Virus record (IMG/VR): IMGVR_UViG_3300035682_000007
Direction: 5' to 3' (one strand)
Length of the DNA: 20,000 bases
Origin: an uncultured virus (IMG/VR IMGVR_UViG_3300035682_000007)
Lineage: Duplodnaviria; Heunggongvirae; Uroviricota; Caudoviricetes
How positions within the stretch are numbered: position 1 is the stretch's first letter; every line of letters starts with the position of its first letter. A model generated the notes under the pieces. It was not told where the DNA came from. It did not search any database and saw nothing but the letters and a program-made list of their open reading frames with translations. A program made the position numbers and the translations under genes. Shown here one piece after another: positions 6,249 through 13,307 of this stretch.

Positions 6249-8978
6249 TTAACTTATTGTAATTGTTCTAGTAACTCCAGATAAAAATATCTTTAATCCA
6301 GTTAATGATGAATCTTCTAACCAAATATCACCATTATTTGGTGCACTTGGTGCTGGACCAACTTCAAGTCTCATAAGAGCACTTGCTGTTGTTGATGCGG
6401 CAATATGTAAATTTGCCGTTGGATTAACCACGTTAATACCAATTTTACCTGTTGTTTGTGCTACAATGCTTGGATTACCAGCTGTTGTTGCATACGTATT
6501 TTTTCCAAACAAAACACCACCTAAATTAATTGAATTTGTTGTACCTGCAGACAACGATATATTTGTTCCTATAATTATATTATTTGAACCTAAACTACCT
6601 AATGTTAAACCGTTACCAACATTAAATCCAAATAAATTTGAATTAGAAGCACCTGAGGCTTCCTGACCAGCAGCATAACCAAAGAAATTTGATTGATAAG
6701 CATTTGTTGCACCATTACCAGCACTATCACCAAAAAAATTTGAAAAACTAGCACCTGTTGCTTGATAACCAGCACCAGAACCTAAGAAATTTGAATAACT
6801 AGCACTTTTTGCACTATAACCAGCTCTATCACCAAAGAAATTTGAATTATTTGCGTTTATTGCTTGATAACCAGCTTGATTACCAAAGAAATTAGAATTA
6901 CTAGCACCTGTTGCTTGAGAACCAGTATTTTCACCTAAGAAATTTGAATTTGTTACACCACTTGAATTTAAACCAGCACCAACTAAACCAGTTGAAAATA
7001 AACTAGACCCATTAATAACACTAATTGGTGATGCAGTAGCAGTTGGTAAATTTAAATATGTTGTTGCTGATATTATATTTGCGGTTAAATTACCGTTAAT
7101 AAGTGTATTTCCAGATACATGCAATGCTTCACTTGGATTAACCACGTTAATACCAATTCTACCTTGTGTTTGTGCTACAATGCTTGGATTAGTATTAGTA
7201 GTTGCATATGTATTTTTTCCAAATAAAACCCCACCTAAGTTAATTGAATTTGTTGTTCCTGAAGGTAATGATATATTGGTGCCAATAATTATATTATTTG
7301 AACCAACACTATCCCCTACATTAACAGCATAACCAGCTCTAAAACCAAATAAATTTGAATAACTAGCAGCGTTTGCCCCCCAACCAGCTCTAGCACCTAA
7401 AAAGTTTGAATTATTAGCGTTTGTTGAACTATAACCAGCTTGTTCACCAAAAAAGTTTGATTGATATGCGTTGGTTGCACCATAACCAGCAGCACTACCT
7501 AAAAAGTTTGATTGGCTAGCACTTGTTGCATTATTACCAGCATTACTACCTAAAAAATTTGAAAAACTAGCACTAGTTGCAGCATAACCAGCACTAGCAC
7601 CAAAAAAATTTGAAAAACCAGCACTAGTAGCGTATTGACCAGCACGATAACCAAAGAAATTTGAATAATTAGCGTTGGTTGCGTATTGACCAGCTAGCCA
7701 ACCAAAGAAGTTTGAACCATGTGCATCTGTTGCACCATTACCAGCATATTGTCCAATAAAGTTTGAATTATTTGCACGTATTGCATTCTGACCAGCATAA
7801 TAACCCATGAAATTTGAATCATGTGCATCTGTTGCACCATTACCAGCTTGTTGTCCAAAGAAATTTGAATTATTAGCGTTGGTTGCGTATTGACCAGCTA
7901 GCCAACCAAAGAAGTTTGAACTAGTAGCACCTGTTGCTTGATAACCAGCATTTCTACCAAAGAAATTTGAATATTGAGCATTTGTTGCTTGAAGACCAGC
8001 TTGATAACCAAAGAAATTTGAATATTGTGCACTTGTTGCTTGATAACCAGCACTATTACCAAAGAAATTTGAATTAGAAGCATTTGTTGCTTGAAGACCA
8101 GCACTATTACCAAAGAAGTTTGAACTAGTAACACCTGTTGCTTGATAACCAGCATAATAACCCATAAAATTTGAATATTGAGCATTTGTTGCCAAATAAC
8201 CAGCAAATCGACCTATAAAATTTGATTGACTAGCACCTGTTGCATTATAACCAGCCTGATTACCAAAGAAATTTGAATCATTAGCATTTGTTGCACCATA
8301 ACCAGCATAAGGACCTAAAAAGTTTGAATCATTAGCATTTGTTGCACCATAACCAGCATAAGGACCTAAAAAGTTTGAATCATTAGCATTAGTTGCTACA
8401 ATACCAGTTTGATTACCTAAAAAATTTGAATTATATGCCTCTGTCGCATTTTGACCAGCACCTAACCCTATAAAATTTGAAGTACTAGCATTTGTTGCTA
8501 GATAACCAGCACCTAACCCTATAAAATTTGAATTACCAGCATTAGTTGCCCCAAAACCTGCATAAGCACCTATGAAATTTGAATCGTGTGCATTTGTTGC
8601 TTGAAGACCAGCTTGAAAACCCAAGAAATTTGAACTACTAGCATCTGTTGCTTGATAACCAGCTTGATTACCAACAACAAACATATTATTTGATGACGCT
8701 TCAGCAGTATCACCAAAAGCTATAGAACTTGCACCATTTGCAATAGGTAGCGTTGCAGGTGGTGTTTCATTTTCAGCATACCACGCAGCACTACTACCTG
8801 TAGTAAATCCAGTTACACTAAATGTACCACCAGTATTGTTTGTAAAAGTAGCTGTACCAGCAGAATATATACCACCAGAAACAAAAATATCATTAAAGTA
8901 TTCTTGTGATATTTTTAAATTACTATTTAATGATGGATATCCACCAGCTTTATCTTTATTTAACTTACTTTCAAACAT
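6249..8978 (-). CDS. Repeat-rich tail fibre / adhesin-like protein (909 aa)
   Basis: 33 copies of a 17-aa repeat xSNF[FLIM]GxxAGxxATxAx in two blocks; two GxIGINVVNP..LH[VI] fibre-shaft motifs; C-terminal APSAPNNGDIW motif. Confidence 0.75.
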   Translation of the reverse strand: MFESKLNKDKAGGYPSLNSNLKISQEYFNDIFVSGGIYSAGTATFTNNTGGTFSVTGFTTGSSAAWYAENETPPATLPIANGASSIAFGDTAEASSNNMFVVGNQAGYQATDASSSNFLGFQAGLQATNAHDSNFIGAYAGFGATNAGNSNFIGLGAGYLATNASTSNFIGLGAGQNATEAYNSNFLGNQTGIVATNANDSNFLGPYAGYGATNANDSNFLGPYAGYGATNANDSNFFGNQAGYNATGASQSNFIGRFAGYLATNAQYSNFMGYYAGYQATGVTSSNFFGNSAGLQATNASNSNFFGNSAGYQATSAQYSNFFGYQAGLQATNAQYSNFFGRNAGYQATGATSSNFFGWLAGQYATNANNSNFFGQQAGNGATDAHDSNFMGYYAGQNAIRANNSNFIGQYAGNGATDAHGSNFFGWLAGQYATNANYSNFFGYRAGQYATSAGFSNFFGASAGYAATSASFSNFLGSNAGNNATSASQSNFLGSAAGYGATNAYQSNFFGEQAGYSSTNANNSNFLGARAGWGANAASYSNLFGFRAGYAVNVGDSVGSNNIIIGTNISLPSGTTNSINLGGVLFGKNTYATTNTNPSIVAQTQGRIGINVVNPSEALHVSGNTLINGNLTANIISATTYLNLPTATASPISVINGSSLFSTGLVGAGLNSSGVTNSNFLGENTGSQATGASNSNFFGNQAGYQAINANNSNFFGDRAGYSAKSASYSNFLGSGAGYQATGASFSNFFGDSAGNGATNAYQSNFFGYAAGQEASGASNSNLFGFNVGNGLTLGSLGSNNIIIGTNISLSAGTTNSINLGGVLFGKNTYATTAGNPSIVAQTTGKIGINVVNPTANLHIAASTTASALMRLEVGPAPSAPNNGDIWLEDSSLTGLKIFLSGVTRTITIS
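6421..7304 (-). repeat. Intragenic 170-bp direct duplication (6421-6590 and 7135-7304)
   Basis: Both copies encode GSNNIIIGTNISL..GTTNSINLGGVLFGKNTYATT..NPSIVAQT.G.IGINVVNP; 21 mismatches in 170 nt by manual alignment (about 88% identical). Confidence 0.9.
6620..6960 (-). repeat. Coding 51-bp tandem repeat array, block 2 (7 units)
   Basis: Same 17-aa unit, 7 copies, ending in SNLFGF as block 1 does. Confidence 0.85.
7330..8690 (-). repeat. Coding 51-bp tandem repeat array, block 1 (26 units plus one degenerate unit)
   Basis: SNF/SNL motif counted 26 times at 17-aa spacing; exact 51-bp duplication at 8272-8390. Confidence 0.9.
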
Positions 8979-9003
8979 TTTTTTATTTGTTAATTATATA
9001 TTT

Positions 9004-9651
9004 TTATTTTTTTAGTATTTCATTTAATTTTTGAAAATACTTTCCAATTCTTTGACTTAGCCTAATTCTAGGGTCATTTATTTCTCTATTAACATCTTCA
9101 TATTTTAACACAAAACCAAAACTTAAAAAAATTCTTCTAGAATTAAATTCGTTGGTCCAATGTTTGTACAATGAAGCTTCAAAACAATATAAATCGGTTT
9201 CTTCTATATTAACCACTTCGTCACCTACATAAAAATCATAATCCTCAGACAAAATGCTTATATTGCATTTATAATTAACATAACCATCAATCGATGCATC
9301 ATAATGTGGATTTATTTTACCACCTTTATTCATATCAACTGCTTGAAGAAAAATATTATCTTTTGGTAAATTAAATTCATTTACTATTCTATCAATAATA
9401 TTATGTAAAAAATCTGGCAATGGTTCCAAAGATACATCAGAAATTGATTGAAACTTTGTAATATAATTTGTTAATGGTGTATTTGAGATATCAAAAATAC
9501 AAGATTTACCTTTTAATTTTTTAGATAATTCTGATAAATGATAATTACTATCATCACCAGTATGGTTAACAGAATCTATCCATTTAACTATTTGGTTTGC
9601 CTCATCTTTTGTGATGAAGTTTTTTTTAATCTTGTATGTTTCCGAATCCAC
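9004..9651 (-). CDS. 2-oxoglutarate/Fe(II)-dependent oxygenase
   Basis: HxD...H facial triad (INPHYD ... YKHW) and a distal Arg in a terminal beta strand (RRIFLSF); N-terminal KKNFITKDEA..I motif typical of 2OG oxygenases. Confidence 0.8.
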   Translation of the reverse strand: MDSETYKIKKNFITKDEANQIVKWIDSVNHTGDDSNYHLSELSKKLKGKSCIFDISNTPLTNYITKFQSISDVSLEPLPDFLHNIIDRIVNEFNLPKDNIFLQAVDMNKGGKINPHYDASIDGYVNYKCNISILSEDYDFYVGDEVVNIEETDLYCFEASLYKHWTNEFNSRRIFLSFGFVLKYEDVNREINDPRIRLSQRIGKYFQKLNEILKK

Positions 9652-9901
9652 CTAATTTTCCAATTTTTTTAAGATTATGTTTTTCCAAAAATTCTTTTGG
9701 TCCCATAGCTTCAATAATGGTTAATTCAGCTGAATCAATTAATTGTTTAGCTTTTTCTTCAGTTACTGCCATAAAACAAAATTTATGTGTTGCTGGTAAT
9801 TCTCCAGTTGGTGATAAATCTATTTTTAAGATATTATCATTTTTCATTTTTTCTCTTGCTTGAAGAACTTTGCCTTCTTCACATAATATACAGATTCTCA
9901 T
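9626..9901 (-). CDS. Hypothetical protein (91 aa), possibly a fibre-associated chaperone
   Basis: Co-oriented, 10 nt after the 935-aa gene, overlaps the oxygenase start by 26 nt; A-rich start context. Function not recognised. Confidence 0.65.
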   Translation of the reverse strand: MRICILCEEGKVLQAREKMKNDNILKIDLSPTGELPATHKFCFMAVTEEKAKQLIDSAELTIIEAMGPKEFLEKHNLKKIGKLGGFGNIQD

Positions 9902-9911
9902 ATTATTTTTT

Positions 9912-12719
9912 TTATTGGTTGATATTTGTTATTGTTAATACATCATTTTCATCATAAAAGGATAATCTTTTTTCACCACCTTTTCTTTCAAAAATAGCAC
10001 AGTTATATGTTTCATAAACTGATGGTTTAGTACTTATACCCGATACCGTAACCACAACATCATCAACACTATCAGTACCACCTATCAAACTACCTAACAT
10101 TGTGATGGTGTTACCACACATGTATAAATTACCTTCAGTATTACCACTAACACCGATAACTGTATTTCCAGACACTTCAACATTAAAAGTAGCACCAATA
10201 CCATTACCGTTAGTTGTACCACCTAACCCCAAATATATATTATCAGTTGCTGTTGAACCAAGTGCAGTATATGTAAAGCCAGTTATATTTCCTAAGTTAA
10301 GTGTAAAATCAACACTATTAATGTCTGTATTAACAACATTATGTTTGAAATTTTCACCTATAGTGCTGTTGCTAATACTATCATAAAAATTATTAGCGTA
10401 AAAACCATCACTTATATTATTACCATAAAAACCTCCAACCCAAGAATTACCAAAAACACCACCCTTAAAGTTGTTATCAAGGGTATATGCTCCCATGTTA
10501 TTTGAACTAGTTGACCCTGAAAATTCGTTTGATAAAACAAAAGAGTTAATATTGTTAATATAAAAATCACTAAGAATATAGTTACCCTTAAAATCATCAT
10601 CAATTTTATTATTTTCGAACCCAGCACCATTAATTTCAGATGATTGTGTATATATTGAATTCCATTCAGTACCTACAGGGGATTGGTTGGTATTCCAATT
10701 TGATTCATCTGCTGAATTATAAATTGCACCATTATTACCTCTTTTAATCTCTAAACTACCAGGAACAATCACATCAACTTCAGAACCATAATTTCTTTTT
10801 GTAAAATATACTGTAGGTTCTATTGTTGGGTGAACTTTTGTTCTTTCATATGAAAAACCACTACCATTACCGTTTTGTGTCCATTGGGTAAATTTAACTT
10901 TATGGTATTCATCGTTAACAGTATCGTGCATTATAAGTTCTTTTCCCAATATAACATGTCCAATCTTTTCCCCACCATCACCATACAATGAACTATAAAA
11001 TGTGTTATATGTCCTACCATTTAAATTTTCAAAATCAGTATTATCCCAATTAAAATATTGGCTATTACCTAATGTGTTATTTGTAAAGGAATTTTTAATT
11101 TGATTATTTTTAAAAAAATATGAAACACCATTATTGTCAAAATAATTTCCAATATTGTTATCTTGGAAATAATCACCAATTAACTCATTATTTGCAAACA
11201 TCTCACCAATATTATTACTATTAAAATTATCACCAATATTTTGGTTATTGTTAAAATCCAAACCAATAACGTTTTCACCAAAATAACCATTTGTTATATT
11301 ATAATTAAAATTATTAGCAATTTGATTATTTTGAAAAGATTGTCTAATTATATTTCCATCAAAGTAGTTACCAATTATATTTCTATTAAAATTAAAATTG
11401 TTTAAATTTCCAAAATCACCTATGGTATTGTTTTGAAAATAATTGTCTATTGTGTTTTCATAAAACCCAGAATATAAGGTATTATTATTAAAATAATTAC
11501 CAATTTTATTGTTAGCAAAATCAGTATTATTTTCGGTTAATAATCTATTGTCGTAAAAATTATTACCAATTTGGTTGTTATCCAGATTAAGATTTATAAG
11601 GTTTCTGTAAAAATAATGACCAATAATACACGTATCAATATCATTTGTTGATACGTTTTCGTAACACCAATCACCCCATGTATTGTTTTGATTATCAGTA
11701 CCAAAAGTGTTATTATAACAATAATCACCAAATTTATTACTTTCGTATTGACCTTGTATAAACACATTATTTGCTAATATAAAAGTTCCATCCGATATGT
11801 TTGTGTAGTTATTTGCGTAATTACCCACGTAGTTGTTTTTAGCGTAACTTTCATCAATCGCATCACCAAATGTTGTGTATTCTATAAAATCATCTGTTTT
11901 AACATTTGTTCTTTTGTAACTAAAATACCCTCCATATTCATCATCATTAGTAATCTCCTCAACAGCTAAATAAAATGCCGAACCTGTTCCAGTTGAACCT
12001 ATTGTATCACCAGAAACTGTCATTGTCAGGTTATCAGTAATAGTAACAATTTCATAATAATTAGGTGTTGCATTAGGGATGTTAATAATATTACCAACGG
12101 TTAACGCTGTAAAAGATGTGTTTACACCATTAATAGTACCATCATTTAATAGTTCCGTTGTACCATTTAAACGTAAACCTTCTCTATGTGTATACAAACG
12201 ATATCTTTTAAATAAAATTGTTCTATGGTCGTAATCTGTTCTATTATTGAACTCATCAATTCTTTCTGTTATTCTACCATAAGCTACTGAATTAGTAACT
12301 TCAGTTGCACTAAAAGTCCAATCATATTTAATCTTATCGTTAGGATACAATGGTTGATAAGCATCCATCGAAATTGTTGATATACTAGTGGCAAAAACTA
12401 TAATAGGTTCAACAACCCCTTGCTTAGTATTACCAGTAGTTATTGGATTATTCTCGATATCAAAATCTGGTTGGTCATAACATGTTTTAAAATCACTTAT
12501 CATATAAAAACTACCAGTACTTAAACCACTAGTACTTATAGCACTCACTAAACCTGTGTATGTTAAATTTGTTATGTCACCACCACCACCATGGATTTGA
12601 CCGTTTTCATCTTTTGCTTTGATGTTAAAATCACTTAAATCAATAAATAGATTTGACCCACCAGCTTCTGGTGTTGGGACTTGTGATGCGTTTTGACCTT
12701 GAAATTGAATATATTGCAT
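9912..12719 (-). CDS. Asn-rich beta-helix tail fibre/spike-like protein (935 aa), mosaic
   Basis: About 11-aa NNxIGNxF repeats; N-terminal TY..L......L..G..Y.ISDF and GRITERIDEFNN.TDYD motifs that I recall from Bacteroidota phage tail proteins; several globular inserts. Confidence 0.7.
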   Translation of the reverse strand: MQYIQFQGQNASQVPTPEAGGSNLFIDLSDFNIKAKDENGQIHGGGGDITNLTYTGLVSAISTSGLSTGSFYMISDFKTCYDQPDFDIENNPITTGNTKQGVVEPIIVFATSISTISMDAYQPLYPNDKIKYDWTFSATEVTNSVAYGRITERIDEFNNRTDYDHRTILFKRYRLYTHREGLRLNGTTELLNDGTINGVNTSFTALTVGNIINIPNATPNYYEIVTITDNLTMTVSGDTIGSTGTGSAFYLAVEEITNDDEYGGYFSYKRTNVKTDDFIEYTTFGDAIDESYAKNNYVGNYANNYTNISDGTFILANNVFIQGQYESNKFGDYCYNNTFGTDNQNNTWGDWCYENVSTNDIDTCIIGHYFYRNLINLNLDNNQIGNNFYDNRLLTENNTDFANNKIGNYFNNNTLYSGFYENTIDNYFQNNTIGDFGNLNNFNFNRNIIGNYFDGNIIRQSFQNNQIANNFNYNITNGYFGENVIGLDFNNNQNIGDNFNSNNIGEMFANNELIGDYFQDNNIGNYFDNNGVSYFFKNNQIKNSFTNNTLGNSQYFNWDNTDFENLNGRTYNTFYSSLYGDGGEKIGHVILGKELIMHDTVNDEYHKVKFTQWTQNGNGSGFSYERTKVHPTIEPTVYFTKRNYGSEVDVIVPGSLEIKRGNNGAIYNSADESNWNTNQSPVGTEWNSIYTQSSEINGAGFENNKIDDDFKGNYILSDFYINNINSFVLSNEFSGSTSSNNMGAYTLDNNFKGGVFGNSWVGGFYGNNISDGFYANNFYDSISNSTIGENFKHNVVNTDINSVDFTLNLGNITGFTYTALGSTATDNIYLGLGGTTNGNGIGATFNVEVSGNTVIGVSGNTEGNLYMCGNTITMLGSLIGGTDSVDDVVVTVSGISTKPSVYETYNCAIFERKGGEKRLSFYDENDVLTITNINQ

Positions 12720-12723
12720 AATT

Positions 12724-13236
12724 TTAAATTATTATTCCTGTACCTGTTATTATTGAGTTTCCATTTAATATTACTGCACCAGCAACATTAATTAAACCAT
12801 CATTTGTTATGTTGCTATCTTTTAATAATAAATTACCACCGATAAATATTTGTGAAAATTTGTTAAATGTTAAATCACCTATTGTTATAGGTGTATCTCT
12901 TTGCAATACTAAATCACTATCTACTAAAACATAATCACCTGAAATCAAAATAGTTTCATCACTTTTTAAAATCTTATTTTGATTTTCTTCCCAATGTTTT
13001 ACGTTAGTTGTAAAACCACTAAGTTCAATTGAATTACCATCTGAATTGTTAAGGATAGCGATACCAGTATTATTATCATATGTACCACCAGTTAATGATG
13101 TGTTAATAGTACCAATAAAATTAGTTAAACCACTTAACGTCATTTGTTTTGTTTTGCCATTGTTTACAATAGGAAATACATCGCTAAGCGTTGGATTATC
13201 GTTGTATTCAAATGCGGTTATCTTTTTATTAGACAT
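12724..13236 (-). CDS. Small virion structural/adaptor protein (170 aa)
   Basis: N-terminal KKIT....NPTLSDVFPIVNNGKTKQMTL motif typical of fibre attachment segments; GGTY...G....NNSDG..IELSGFTT motif shared with the 909-aa protein. Confidence 0.6.
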   Translation of the reverse strand: MSNKKITAFEYNDNPTLSDVFPIVNNGKTKQMTLSGLTNFIGTINTSLTGGTYDNNTGIAILNNSDGNSIELSGFTTNVKHWEENQNKILKSDETILISGDYVLVDSDLVLQRDTPITIGDLTFNKFSQIFIGGNLLLKDSNITNDGLINVAGAVILNGNSIITGTGIII

Positions 13237-13247
13237 GGTTAGTTTTG

Positions 13248-13261
13248 TTTATTATAAATAT
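13248..13261 (-). promoter_or_regulatory. Candidate phage late promoter ATATTTATAATAAA (copy 1)
   Basis: Exact 14-mer on the sense strand, 11 nt upstream of the ATG at 13236; identical to the copies at 17265-17279 and 17294-17308. Confidence 0.65.
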
Positions 13262-13307
13262 GTTATTTAATAATAAAATTACTTTAAATATGATTAATTT
13301 TAAAATA

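Noticed and set aside
6421..7304. Diversity-generating retroelement TR/VR pair
   Set aside because: The 21 mismatches between the 170-bp copies involve all four bases rather than only adenines, both copies are in-frame coding, and there is no reverse transcriptase in the window.
7330..8690. CRISPR array
   Set aside because: The period is 51 bp (17 codons) with synonymous variation inside an open ORF; there is no constant repeat/unique spacer structure and no cas gene.
6466..13270. ORFs 6466..6666, 7898..8206, 9636..9863, 10102..10386, 10412..10630 and 13046..13270
   Set aside because: Antisense or alternative-frame ORFs overlapping well-supported genes; the periodic V/L/Q pattern of 7898..8206 is a by-product of the coding repeat.
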